A stretch of DNA of 38,293 nucleotides from the NCBI GenBank assembly GCA_017997155.1, contig JAGOFO010000005.1:1-38293 (forward strand), in the 5' to 3' direction. The notes beneath the pieces were generated by a model, which searched no databases, was not told the DNA's origin, and was given only the letters and a program-made list of their open reading frames with translations. The DNA is from Myxococcota bacterium (GTDB lineage: Bacteria; Myxococcota_A; UBA9042; DTJE01). A program made the translations under genes and the position numbers. Positions 8,391 to 17,755 of the stretch are shown here, in pieces (position 1 is the first letter of the stretch; the number at the start of each line of letters is the position of its first letter).

Positions 8391-9731
8391 ATGAAAAAGA
8401 ACTTCGTTCTTGACACAAACGTGCTGCTGCATGACCCGAACGCCTTGACCGGCTTCGCGGACAACAACGTTTGTGTGCCTATCTATGTCATTGAGGAGAT
8501 CGACAACTTCAAGAAGGAGTTGTCCGAGCTTGGCCGGAATGCCCGTCAGATTTCGCGGGATCTCGATGCGTTGCGGGCGCTCGGCAACATCGGAACCGGG
8601 GTTCAGACCGAGGCCGGCGGGTCGGTAAGGGTGCTGTTTTCGACTCGCAGTGACGTGTCCGAGGCGGAGATCGTCCACCGTGACGTGAACCTCAGCCATA
8701 TCATGGACCGTCTGATAATGGGCACCGCCATCGAGTTGAAGGCGGCCGAACCCGATATCCCCGTCGTCTTCGTAACCAAGGATACCAATCTCAGGATCCG
8801 GGCCGAGGCCGCTGGACTGGTCGCGGTCGATTACGACAAGCAGGGTAAGGACGTTACCGAGTTGTACACCGGGACCGGCGAAATGCTGCTGGGTCCCGAT
8901 CTGATCGGCGAACTGTTCCGCGTCGGCCATGTCGATGTTCCGGGTGGCCTGCCGGGCCTGTTTCACAACCAGTACCTCCTGGTCCGCAACGAGGCGAATC
9001 CCTCGCAGAGCGCCCTGGCCCGCGCCGCGACGCGCGAGGGCCGTCTGTACCGGACGGTCGAGGTTCGGGACTCCGTCTGGGGTATCAAACCGCGCAACAA
9101 GGAACAGCACTTCGCGTTCGACGCCCTTCTGCGCGACGACATCAGCCTTGTCACGCTGATAGGAAAGGCCGGTACCGGCAAGACGCTGCTGGCGATCGCG
9201 GCCGGGCTTCAGAAAGTCACCGAGGAAGAAACCTACACCAGGATGCTGGTGTCGCGCCCGATCTTCCCGCTTGGCCGGGACATCGGTTACCTGCCCGGAG
9301 ATGTCGAGGAGAAGCTGAATCCCTGGATGCAGCCGATCCATGACAACCTGGAGTTCCTGATGGGCCTCAGTCGCCAGGACCGCAAGACCTCGAACAGGTC
9401 CCCGCGCGAACTGATGGACATGAACATGATCAAGGTCGAGCCGCTGACGTACATCCGTGGTCGTTCGATCCCGAATCAGTACATGATTGTGGACGAGGCG
9501 CAGAATCTGACGCCGCACGAGGTCAAGACGATCCTGACGCGGGTAGGCGAGGGCACCAAGATCGTCCTTACGGGGGATCCCTACCAGATCGACAATCCTT
9601 ACGTGGATTCCGTCAACAACGGTCTGGCCTACATCGCCGAGAAGTTCAAGGATTCAGACATCGCCGCGACCGTGACCCTGATGAAGGGCGAGCGGTCCCG
9701 GCTGGCCGAACTGGCCGCAAATCTCCTTTAG
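8391..9731 (+). CDS. PhoH2-type protein (N-terminal PIN domain fused to PhoH-like ATPase)
   Basis: FVLDTNVLLHDP marks the PIN start. Walker A is [50 protein letters not shown] is the PhoH signature. AGGAGTGAGG precedes ATG 8391. Confidence 0.85.
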   Translation: MKKNFVLDTNVLLHDPNALTGFADNNVCVPIYVIEEIDNFKKELSELGRNARQISRDLDALRALGNIGTGVQTEAGGSVRVLFSTRSDVSEAEIVHRDVNLSHIMDRLIMGTAIELKAAEPDIPVVFVTKDTNLRIRAEAAGLVAVDYDKQGKDVTELYTGTGEMLLGPDLIGELFRVGHVDVPGGLPGLFHNQYLLVRNEANPSQSALARAATREGRLYRTVEVRDSVWGIKPRNKEQHFAFDALLRDDISLVTLIGKAGTGKTLLAIAAGLQKVTEEETYTRMLVSRPIFPLGRDIGYLPGDVEEKLNPWMQPIHDNLEFLMGLSRQDRKTSNRSPRELMDMNMIKVEPLTYIRGRSIPNQYMIVDEAQNLTPHEVKTILTRVGEGTKIVLTGDPYQIDNPYVDSVNNGLAYIAEKFKDSDIAATVTLMKGERSRLAELAANLL

Positions 9732-9781
9732 GATTGGCAGCGCCGCGCCGATTTTGACCGGGCGGCAATGCGGGGGACAGC

Positions 9782-10429
9782 ATGGACGTTGCAGATGCCG
9801 TCGGCAGCAGGCGTTCGATAATGTCGTTCGAACGCGATGCTCTGCTGTTGAGTCGCGAAGAGATCGAACAGCTCATCATGGACGCCTGCAGGGCTCCGTC
9901 CGAGTACAATCTGCAGCCCTGGCGCTTCCTGGTGGTCCGTGACCGTGAGCGCAAGCAGGCGCTTTACGACTGCTGCGGACGACAGGAAAAGGTTCGCGAG
10001 GCATCGGCACTGATCATCGTGTTTGGAGACTCGCGCGGATGGGAGCGGGCCGACGTAGCCGCAAAGGAGTTGCTTGCCGCCAGGAACGTCGCGAACGGCG
10101 GCGGGCAGCCCGATCAAAATGAATGCCGGGCACTGGCGGAGACCATTCGGAGTACTTATCTTCGTGACGAGCGTTTGCGGACGGCGATGTCGTTTCGCAA
10201 CGCATCACTGGTTGCGATGAATCTGATGCTTCTGGCCTCCGAGAAGGGCATATCGTCCTGCCCGGTGGGCGGCTTTTCGGAAGCCCAGCTCAGACGCGCA
10301 TTTGAAATCTCGGAGCGTTTTGTGCCGGTGATTGTCGTTGCTCTCGGCATGCCGTCGCTTAACGCCGGGCGTCCAGTCATAAAGCCTCGTCGTCCCGCCT
10401 CGGAAGTGATCTTCCATGAAGGGATGTAG
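9782..10429 (+). CDS. Nitroreductase family protein
   Basis: 215 aa. [10 protein letters not shown] and [16 protein letters not shown] are typical nitroreductase N-terminal motifs. Confidence 0.75.
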   Translation: MDVADAVGSRRSIMSFERDALLLSREEIEQLIMDACRAPSEYNLQPWRFLVVRDRERKQALYDCCGRQEKVREASALIIVFGDSRGWERADVAAKELLAARNVANGGGQPDQNECRALAETIRSTYLRDERLRTAMSFRNASLVAMNLMLLASEKGISSCPVGGFSEAQLRRAFEISERFVPVIVVALGMPSLNAGRPVIKPRRPASEVIFHEGM

Positions 10430-10482
10430 ACGCGTGGCGCGGTCCGGGCGCCGGTTCCGGCGAACCGACAACAGGTGAGTAT

Positions 10483-12768
10483 TTGAAACAGAATCTGAAG
10501 ACGATCCTTGTCTGGGTGCTGCTGGTCGGAGTGTTTTTTGCGATCGTGAAGACCGTTGATCGCAAGCCTGCCTCGACCGACATCAAATTCTCGGACTTCA
10601 TCGTGCTGGCGCTGGGTTCTGACAGCAAGTCCGACCAGACGGAAGTGCCCGCCGGGCATGCCTCCATCAAGGCGACCACTATCGAGGCAGCCCCGGTTGA
10701 GGGACAGGGTTCCGTAAGGGCGAATGATATTCGCCCTTCTGGGCAGGGTCAGGGTCAGGCGCAGGGACAGGGACAGGCTGGCGACGGCGCGAATGTCGCT
10801 CCTTCTCCTGAACCCGGAAAAGAACCGGCCCCGGTGCCCGCACCCGTGCCCGCACCCGTGCCTGCCGCTGAACCAGTCCCCGCACCCGTCCCGGCCCCCG
10901 TCCCGGCCCCCGTCCCGGCCACTGCACCCGCTCCCGCCCCTGTACCGGCACCGGCCCCTGCCGCCCCCGCGGCCAGTGTGGTCAAGGCTCCTCTGGGAGC
11001 GGCCGTGACTCCAGGCGCCGACTCAGCGTCCGAGCCCATGTTCAAGGTCGTGTCGATCGTCGTGACGGGCCGCAGGATCGAGGGAAAGTTTGCCGACGGC
11101 AAGGAATTCAAGACGTTTGGTGATATCACCGCGTATCAGAAGGACCTTGTCGCCGAGGGAATCGAGGTCACCTACAAGGACGAAACCGGCGGCATCTGGA
11201 CGGCACTGCTTACGTCCTGGCTGCCGATGATCTTCTTCCTCGCCATCTTCATCTTCTTCATGCGCCAGTCCTCGCAGGGTGGCGGCGGAAAGCTCTTCCA
11301 GTTCGGCAAGAGCAAGGCACGCCTGACCAACGAGGGCCAGACCACGGTTACTTTCAAGGACGTGGCCGGCATCCAGGAAGCCCAGGTTGAACTCTCCGAG
11401 ATCGTTGAATTTTTGAAGTCCCCGGATTCCTTCACGAAGCTTGGCGGCCGCATTCCGCGCGGCGTGCTCCTGATGGGACCTCCGGGCACCGGCAAGACGC
11501 TTCTCGCCAAGGCTGTGGCTGGTGAGGCCGGCGTACCTTTCTTCTCGATCTCCGGCTCGGATTTCGTCGAGATGTTCGTCGGCGTTGGCGCTTCCCGTGT
11601 CCGCGACCTTTTCGAACAGGGCAAGCGCAAGGCGCCGTGCATCATTTTTATCGACGAGATCGACGCGGTCGGTCGTCAGCGCGGCACCGGTCTTGGTGGC
11701 GGCCACGACGAGCGCGAACAGACACTGAACCAGCTTCTGGTGGAGATGGACGGCTTCGAGGCCAATTCGGGGGTCATCATCGTGGCGGCCACGAACCGTC
11801 CCGATGTTCTGGATCCCGCTCTGCTGCGTCCCGGCCGTTTTGACCGCCGCGTTGTGGTTTCCAGCCCGGACATAGCGGGCCGCGAGGCGATTCTGAAGGT
11901 GCACACGCGCAAGGTCCCGCTGTCCGGCGACGTGGATCTGGGCGTCGTGGCCCGCGGCACACCCGGCTTCGTGGGCGCGGACCTTGCCAACATCGTCAAC
12001 GAGGCGGCCCTGCTTGCCGCGCGCCGTGGAAGCGACAAAGTCTGCATGGTCGACTTTGACGAGGCCAAGGACAAGGTGATGATGGGCACCGCCCGCAAGA
12101 GTTTCGTGATGGGCGAGGAAGAGAAGAGACTGACCGCCTATCACGAGGCCGGCCACGCTATCGTCGCCAAGTCGGTCCCGGGCGCCGATCCCCTGCACAA
12201 GGTCACGATCATTCCGCGCGGCATGGCACTGGGCATGACCCAGCAGCTTCCGCTTGAGGACAGGCACACCGCGTCGCGCCGGTATCTGGTCGACAGGCTC
12301 GCGATCCTCATGGGTGGCCGCGCGGCCGAGAAGGTCGTGTTCGAGGACATCACGACCGGCGCCGGTCAGGACATCAAGGTCGCCTCGGACATCGCCAGGA
12401 AGATGGTCGCTCAGTGGGGCATGTCCGTTCTTGGTCCGGTTCATCTGGATCAGAACGAGGAAATGGTCTTCCTGGGGCGCGAGCTGTCGCATCAACGGGC
12501 GGTCAGCGAGCAGACCGCGATGCGCGTGGACCAGGAGATTTCCAAGCTGGTCACCGAGGCTCACGAGACCGCGCTCCGGATACTGACAGAGCGCAGGTCA
12601 GCGCTTGAGGCGCTTGCCAGCGCGCTGCTGGAACGTGAAACGCTGGATGGCTGGGAAGTGGACCGGCTGATCGTCGATTGCGGATTCGAGCCGGCGACGC
12701 TCAGCCACACGCCCCGGGTAGCGACGCCTCAGGAAGGCGGGTCCCCCCGACGGTACCGCGTCGGTTGA
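10483..12768 (+). CDS. ftsH: ATP-dependent zinc metalloprotease FtsH with an expanded periplasmic region
   Basis: Walker A is [23 protein letters not shown]. It also has [11 protein letters not shown], the second region of homology, and the HEAGHAIV zinc site. The start is TTG. There are two TM helices, at about residues 7-22 and 238-260. Confidence 0.95.
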   Translation: MKQNLKTILVWVLLVGVFFAIVKTVDRKPASTDIKFSDFIVLALGSDSKSDQTEVPAGHASIKATTIEAAPVEGQGSVRANDIRPSGQGQGQAQGQGQAGDGANVAPSPEPGKEPAPVPAPVPAPVPAAEPVPAPVPAPVPAPVPATAPAPAPVPAPAPAAPAASVVKAPLGAAVTPGADSASEPMFKVVSIVVTGRRIEGKFADGKEFKTFGDITAYQKDLVAEGIEVTYKDETGGIWTALLTSWLPMIFFLAIFIFFMRQSSQGGGGKLFQFGKSKARLTNEGQTTVTFKDVAGIQEAQVELSEIVEFLKSPDSFTKLGGRIPRGVLLMGPPGTGKTLLAKAVAGEAGVPFFSISGSDFVEMFVGVGASRVRDLFEQGKRKAPCIIFIDEIDAVGRQRGTGLGGGHDEREQTLNQLLVEMDGFEANSGVIIVAATNRPDVLDPALLRPGRFDRRVVVSSPDIAGREAILKVHTRKVPLSGDVDLGVVARGTPGFVGADLANIVNEAALLAARRGSDKVCMVDFDEAKDKVMMGTARKSFVMGEEEKRLTAYHEAGHAIVAKSVPGADPLHKVTIIPRGMALGMTQQLPLEDRHTASRRYLVDRLAILMGGRAAEKVVFEDITTGAGQDIKVASDIARKMVAQWGMSVLGPVHLDQNEEMVFLGRELSHQRAVSEQTAMRVDQEISKLVTEAHETALRILTERRSALEALASALLERETLDGWEVDRLIVDCGFEPATLSHTPRVATPQEGGSPRRYRVG

Positions 12769-12957
12769 TTCCGGAACCACATCGTCCGGCGACACTCCCG
12801 TGGTCCTGGTGCAGACTGCCCCGGCACCCACGGTTGAACAGACCACCCGGCCCACCTCCACTGGCGACGCGCCCGCAACCGAATCAACGGTCTCGGAATC
12901 CGGTAGCCAGCCGCCTTCCAACTGAAAATTCCAGTTCATAACCTGTGGCCGTCCGTC

Positions 12958-12986
12958 TTGACTGAAGTCCGTTCATGGGCTACGTT
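12958..12986 (+). promoter_or_regulatory. Candidate sigma-70-type promoter for the bactofilin cluster
   Basis: TTGACT (12958-12963), a 17-bp spacer, then TACGTT (12981-12986), about 38 nt upstream of ATG 13024. This is a pattern match only. Confidence 0.25.
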
Positions 12987-13023
12987 TCCTCGTCATGTTT
13001 TGGCAATCATACCGGGGTGTCAG

Positions 13024-13371
13024 ATGAGCGATGAATTCGGTGCCGTGATTGGCAGGAATATTGTTGTCCGGGGCGAGATCGAGGGTTCCGAGGTCCTTCT
13101 GGTCGAAGGTCGCGTCGAGGGAACGGTCAATCTCGAGTCCGAACTGGTGGTCGGTGTTTCAGGCCATGTCGAGGCCGACGTCAACGCCCAGGCGCTGACG
13201 ATCGAGGGCGAGTTCAGCGGCACGGCCGCCTGCAGCGATATCGTGACCCTGGTCAACGGCTGTCACGGCACCGGCGAACTGAAGGCGCCTCGCGTCGTGA
13301 TCGAGGAAGGCGCCGTGTTCACCGGCAGGTTGAACATGGAGACCGGCGTCCGCGAAAGCCGGGGGGAGTGA
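13024..13371 (+). CDS. Bactofilin
   Basis: Repetitive beta-helix pattern (VVRGEIEGSEVLLVEGRVEGTV...VSGHVEADV...IEGEFSGT...IEEGAVFTGRL) typical of the bactofilin/DUF583 fold. The start was trimmed to ATG 13024. Confidence 0.75.
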   Translation: MSDEFGAVIGRNIVVRGEIEGSEVLLVEGRVEGTVNLESELVVGVSGHVEADVNAQALTIEGEFSGTAACSDIVTLVNGCHGTGELKAPRVVIEEGAVFTGRLNMETGVRESRGE

Positions 13372-13374
13372 TTC

Positions 13375-13698
13375 ATGTCGGAAACAACGGTTGGCACCAA
13401 GACCCGGATTAACGGCAGGATCAGCGGCACGGACCGCCTTTGCGTGCACGGTCTGGTCGAGGGTGAGGTCGCCATGGAAGGCGACCTGGTGGTCGAGGCG
13501 GACGGCAGGGTCGAGGCGACCGTCTCCGCGCGCGCCGTCAACATCCGCGGCACTGTGAACGGCGAGGTCACCGGACGCGACAAGGTCGAGATCGCTCCAG
13601 ACGGTCGGATGATCGGCGACGTCAGGACCGGCAGGATCCTGATTTCGGACGGTGCGGTTTTCAAGGGGCGCGTCGAGATGGACGTCAGGGAGGGCTGA
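13375..13698 (+). CDS. Bactofilin
   Basis: 107 aa. It has INGRISGTDRLCVHGLVEGEV...GDLVVEADGRVEATV...IRGTVNGEV...ISDGAVFKGRVEM. GGGGGAG precedes the ATG, which lies 3 nt after the previous stop. Confidence 0.8.
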   Translation: MSETTVGTKTRINGRISGTDRLCVHGLVEGEVAMEGDLVVEADGRVEATVSARAVNIRGTVNGEVTGRDKVEIAPDGRMIGDVRTGRILISDGAVFKGRVEMDVREG

Positions 13699-13701
13699 TC
13701 G

Positions 13702-14289
13702 ATGGCAGATAACAAAAGAACCGAGATCGGGCCGGACACGCTTGTCGTCGGCAATATCGACGCCCAGGAAGACGTTTCCATCCACGGCAGGGTGGACGGG
13801 ACGATCCGCTCGACGGCCACCGTCATCATCGAGGACGACGGCGAGGTGGACGGCGAGATCGAGGCTTTGTCGGTCGTGGTCGCGGGCGTTTTGATCGGCA
13901 ATATCCGCGCGACATCGAAGGTCGATGTCGAGGAGACCGGCGTGGTTCAGGGCGACATCGCGACACCGGTGATGGTGCTTGTTGATGGCGGCGCCGTTGC
14001 CGGAATGCTGGTGATGGACGACTCGAACCCGCAGCCCGTAAAGGTTAACACCGCCGGCGGCACGACCTATCGCCCCCAGGCGACAAGGCAGACCGGTTCG
14101 ACCAGGCCGACCGCCTCCAGGACCGCGGCAAGGCCTTCAGCCTCCGCGACCAGAACAGCCCCGACTTCCCGTGGCGCCACGTCGGGCACCCGCGCCCGCA
14201 CGGTTGAGACGCCGCGCACCGCCAGGCAGCCCCGCAGCGCAGCTCCGCTTATCGATGACGTGGAAGGCCCGGTTGAGTCCGAGTCTTGA
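13702..14289 (+). CDS. Bactofilin with a long Arg/Thr/Ala/Pro-rich disordered C-terminal tail
   Basis: A bactofilin core (VVGNIDAQEDVSIHGRVDGTI...VAGVLIGNI...VVQGDI) is followed by about 80 aa of low complexity (TRQTGSTRPTASRTAARPSASATRTAPTSRG...). GGGAGGG precedes the ATG. Confidence 0.8.
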   Translation: MADNKRTEIGPDTLVVGNIDAQEDVSIHGRVDGTIRSTATVIIEDDGEVDGEIEALSVVVAGVLIGNIRATSKVDVEETGVVQGDIATPVMVLVDGGAVAGMLVMDDSNPQPVKVNTAGGTTYRPQATRQTGSTRPTASRTAARPSASATRTAPTSRGATSGTRARTVETPRTARQPRSAAPLIDDVEGPVESES

Positions 14290-14323
14290 TGCTGTCCGGT
14301 GATTCAAACTCCAGGAGATTGTC

Positions 14324-14935
14324 ATGAGCCAGATTGACGGCGCGCAGGCACGTTCGGAACTTCTGTCCCTTGTCGCGGCAATCGCCTACGAAAGGCGCCG
14401 CGTGGTTCTTCGTTCGGGCCGCGTCGCGGACTACTACATGGACTGCCGCAGGGTTACGCTGCATCCGCGTGGCTCGACCCTGTGCGGCCGCGTCTTTCTG
14501 GATGCCTTCATCGCGTCCGGACTGCAGGTCGCCGCAGTGGGCGGGCCGACCATGGGCGCAGACCCGCTGGTTACCGCCTTCCAGATGACCGCCCATGCCG
14601 ATGGACTCGACGTGCCTGCATTCCTGGTCCGCAAGCAGGCCAAGGATCACGGTACCGCATCCAGGATCGAGGGCCGTTTCGGGGTGCCGGCCGGCGCGCG
14701 CGTGCTTCTGCTGGAAGACGTGCTGACCACCGGTGGTTCTCTGCTCGAGGCCCGTGACGCCGTTGTCGAGGAAGGCTTCGACCCGGTCGCGTGCATGGTC
14801 CTGGTCGACCGTGGCGAAGGCGGGCGCGAGAACATGGAAGCTGCTGGAATACGTGTTATTCCGGTGTTTTCTGCGGCAGAGGTCGCCGCGCGCCGGGAAC
14901 AGATCGATCAGGAATTCTCGAACTTAAGCAAGTAA
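14324..14935 (+). CDS. pyrE: Orotate phosphoribosyltransferase
   Basis: 203 aa. The PRPP-binding motif VLLLEDVLTTGGSL is present, and the type I PRT layout is typical. AGGAG precedes the ATG. Confidence 0.85.
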   Translation: MSQIDGAQARSELLSLVAAIAYERRRVVLRSGRVADYYMDCRRVTLHPRGSTLCGRVFLDAFIASGLQVAAVGGPTMGADPLVTAFQMTAHADGLDVPAFLVRKQAKDHGTASRIEGRFGVPAGARVLLLEDVLTTGGSLLEARDAVVEEGFDPVACMVLVDRGEGGRENMEAAGIRVIPVFSAAEVAARREQIDQEFSNLSK

Positions 14936-15672
14936 CCACCGATCAGCAACTGATCCCCGTCGTTGACCGCGACGCGTCCACGAACCATCAGGAAGCTGCC
15001 GTTTGTGGAGTTCAAATCCTTGAGCGAGCACTGATTGCCGTTCACGACGAAAGCCGCGTGGCGCGACGACACGAAGCCGTCCTGTCCCAGGATGATGTCG
15101 CCGGAGGTGCGTCCGACAACCACCTCGGGCTTGTTCAGCAGCCAGGCCGCCATCACGGTGTTGTTCGGCCCCAGCCTGAGTATTCTTCCCGTAACGTTCT
15201 GATCGGAAAAGGCGGAGGAACCGAGCATCTCCGTGCCCTCGATCGGCTGGTGCGGTCTGCGGACCCCGGCGTTGTACTCCAGCAGGACGTGGCCGATCCG
15301 AATGCGGTCCTTATCCGCCAGCGCCCGGGAGTCGCGTATCCTGATAAACGTGCCGTATTCCTGGTCCACCGCGTTCAGGAAGGCGACGCCGGCCCCGATG
15401 TCGATCATCGCGTGGCGCGCCGCGATGCGCGGATCCGCGCCAAGATCTATATCCACCGGACCGCGACCGACGGTGTTTTCACCGGATTTCAGATCGAACG
15501 ATGCCCCCTCGGAACCGTCCGACTTGACCACGACCAGTCTGCCATGCTTTGCCGCGGCTCCGGACCCACGAGCCTTGAAGGAATCCATCGACTGTTCCAA
15601 AGGCTTGCCGCAGTTCAGACAGTAGTTGAATATCTCGTCGTTTTCAGTGCCGCAGAATACACAGCGAATCAT
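14908..15672 (-). CDS. Zinc-ribbon protein with two FHA domains (paralogue-like of 1527..2462)
   Basis: CVFCGTEN...CLNCG zinc ribbon followed by two FHA modules (VGRGP.DIDL..DPRIAARHA, VVGRTSGDIIL..DGFVSSRHA, TNGSFL). ATG 15672 has GAGG upstream. The 3' end overlaps pyrE by 28 nt. Confidence 0.8.
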   Translation of the reverse strand: MIRCVFCGTENDEIFNYCLNCGKPLEQSMDSFKARGSGAAAKHGRLVVVKSDGSEGASFDLKSGENTVGRGPVDIDLGADPRIAARHAMIDIGAGVAFLNAVDQEYGTFIRIRDSRALADKDRIRIGHVLLEYNAGVRRPHQPIEGTEMLGSSAFSDQNVTGRILRLGPNNTVMAAWLLNKPEVVVGRTSGDIILGQDGFVSSRHAAFVVNGNQCSLKDLNSTNGSFLMVRGRVAVNDGDQLLIGGYLLKFENS

Positions 15673-15763
15673 CTGTTCTACCTCTGGGATATGGGCCGCG
15701 CCGGCCGGTGTACAGCTTGTCAATCCTAGCACCCGGGAATAGAATTGCAAAGGCCCGACAGAA

Positions 15764-16951
15764 TTGGGGGTACCGGTGAGTATTTGTTCTTCCTGCGGCA
15801 GGGGTGCGCCCCAGGGAAGCCGCTTCTGTCCTTTCTGCGGCGGCCGAATTCAGTCCGAGCGCCCCAAACCGGCGGATCCACTGATTGGAATGGTCGTCGG
15901 CGACAAGTATATCGTTCGTGAGTTGATTGGGTCTGGCGCCATGGGCAGTATCTACCGCGCCGAGCACAAGGACCTTTCCAGGCCAGTGGCGTTGAAAATG
16001 CTGCATAAGCATCTGCTTATCGACGAGGGGCAGGTGCATCGGTTCCATCGCGAGGCAAGGGCCGCTTCAAGGCTGCACCATCCGAACTGCATCAGCATAC
16101 TGGACTTTGGAAGGACGGCGGACGGCTGGTTTTACATCGCGATGGAATACCTGAACGGTCGCGACCTCTCGCGCATGATTTCCCGTGAAGGCCCCCTGCC
16201 GGTCGCCACCGTCATACATATCGCCAGACAGGTTCTGGACGCTCTCGATGAGGCTCACGGTGGAAACGTCGTTCATCGCGACCTGAAACCGGAAAACATC
16301 ATGATCGAGGCACTGCGGTCCGACTCGCAGTTTGTGAAGGTGCTCGACTTTGGAATCGCCAAGATTCGCGATTCAGACGGCGGGGACGACGGTTCGGGAT
16401 TCAAGACCGCGACGGGCATGGTGTTCGGCACGCCGGAATACATGTCCCCCGAGCAGATTCGCGGCGATGAGCTTGACGGCAGGTCGGATTACTATTCTCT
16501 GGGCATCGTTCTGTACCAGATGTTGACCGGAGTGATGCCATACGGCGGGGATTCCGTCATCGAGATCGCCACCGCGCACCTGATCAACCCGATCCCGAAC
16601 ATGCGCCCGTTGCGGCCCGACGTCCCCGAGCGGATGGTCCGTCTGGTCGAGAAGCTGATCGAAAAGAAGCGGGAAAACCGGTTCCAGTCGGCCGCCGAGA
16701 TACGTGCCGAGTTCGCGGCCGTCGAGCGGGCGCTTCCGGCACCAGGCCAGGAGGTTCCCGGCGCCAAGGGGGGCCTTGTGCCCGGTGGCGATGATCACGG
16801 TCAGGATTCGGCGGACACCATGGTCGTGCCTGCGGTTCCGTCGCAACGCTTCTGGAAACTGTCGCCTTCGCTGGGCCTGGCGATCGGTTTGACGATCTTC
16901 CTGTCGGGCGGACTGCTGGCGCTGGTTCTTTCGCACTTCCTCTTCCGGTAA
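15764..16951 (+). CDS. Hanks-type Ser/Thr protein kinase with an N-terminal zinc ribbon and a C-terminal TM anchor
   Basis: CSSCG...CPFCG zinc ribbon, GSGAMGSIYRA (Gly loop), VALKML (VAIK-type Lys), HRDLKPENI, DFG and TPEYMSPE motifs, and a hydrophobic C-terminus. The start is ambiguous: TTG 15764 or GTG 15776. Confidence 0.9.
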   Translation: MGVPVSICSSCGRGAPQGSRFCPFCGGRIQSERPKPADPLIGMVVGDKYIVRELIGSGAMGSIYRAEHKDLSRPVALKMLHKHLLIDEGQVHRFHREARAASRLHHPNCISILDFGRTADGWFYIAMEYLNGRDLSRMISREGPLPVATVIHIARQVLDALDEAHGGNVVHRDLKPENIMIEALRSDSQFVKVLDFGIAKIRDSDGGDDGSGFKTATGMVFGTPEYMSPEQIRGDELDGRSDYYSLGIVLYQMLTGVMPYGGDSVIEIATAHLINPIPNMRPLRPDVPERMVRLVEKLIEKKRENRFQSAAEIRAEFAAVERALPAPGQEVPGAKGGLVPGGDDHGQDSADTMVVPAVPSQRFWKLSPSLGLAIGLTIFLSGGLLALVLSHFLFR

Positions 16952-16972
16952 TCCATTTTGCGGGGTCTTCGG

Positions 16973-17755
16973 ATGGATCAGGCAAGACAGGCGATCGAAC
17001 GCGAGGTCAAGCTGACCGTTGATGGCGCCGCGGATTACCTCGCGATGGCGTCGGCTCTGCCGGTTCCCAGGCGTTGGGGGCTGCAGTTGAACGTGTATCT
17101 CGACACGTTGTCGAGGCGTCTGCGTTCGAATCGGATTTCACTCAGGATCCGGGTCACGCCGGACTTCGCGCTCTTGACGTTGAAGACGCCTGCCCGGTCG
17201 GCGGACAGCGGCGACGGGGTGTTCTGCAATCTTGAGACCGAGGTTCCTTTTGACAGGGAGATGGCGGTCGAGTGGATCAACGCCCCGGAAAGGGCCGCTC
17301 CGGCGTCGTTGGCCGGTTTTGAAGCACTTGCCACGGTGATTGCCGATGAACCTCTGGTGGTGATCGGCTGGTCCATGACCAGGCGGGCCGTTTGCGATAC
17401 TGCCTGGGGCGTGACTCTCGAACTTGACGAGACGGTGTTTCCGGACGGCACCCGTGACTTCGAGATTGAGGCCGAGCACGAGGACGCGGCGCTGGCGCGT
17501 CGGGTTATCGATCTGCACGCGGATCGGGTGGGGCTTAGACTTGGCGCGCAGACCAGATCGAAGCACGCCCGGGCGATGGAGCGCCTGGGAAGCGTCCGCT
17601 GGGTGCTGCCTTCCGGAAGCCCCGAGGCGCCGCATCCTCCGTTGTTTCCATCGGCGGCCCCGGCAGGGGCATTCGGGCTGGTCAAGGTCGGCGCGGCTGG
17701 TACGGTGATCGACAGTACGGAGAGGGGCAGTGGGGGGAAAGCAGGCTCGAACTGA
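16973..17755 (+). CDS. CYTH-domain protein (CyaB/thiamine-triphosphatase-like triphosphate tunnel enzyme)
   Basis: The N-terminal IEREVKL matches the CYTH ExExK signature, with further acidic/basic strands (SLRIR, ETEVPF, FEIEAEHE). ATG 16973 is preferred over TTG 16958. Confidence 0.6.
   Translation: MDQARQAIEREVKLTVDGAADYLAMASALPVPRRWGLQLNVYLDTLSRRLRSNRISLRIRVTPDFALLTLKTPARSADSGDGVFCNLETEVPFDREMAVEWINAPERAAPASLAGFEALATVIADEPLVVIGWSMTRRAVCDTAWGVTLELDETVFPDGTRDFEIEAEHEDAALARRVIDLHADRVGLRLGAQTRSKHARAMERLGSVRWVLPSGSPEAPHPPLFPSAAPAGAFGLVKVGAAGTVIDSTERGSGGKAGSN

Noticed and set aside
8343-12564. Large antisense ORFs opposite PhoH2 (8343..9518 minus), FtsH (11023..12564 minus), Lon (24804..25838 plus, 26422..27486 plus), UvrB (33008..33697 plus), adenosine deaminase (33798..34805 plus) and others.
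   Set aside because: Each lies opposite a gene with strong family motifs. Their translations are Arg/Gly/His/Asp-rich without recognisable motifs, which is the typical GC-rich shadow-ORF pattern.
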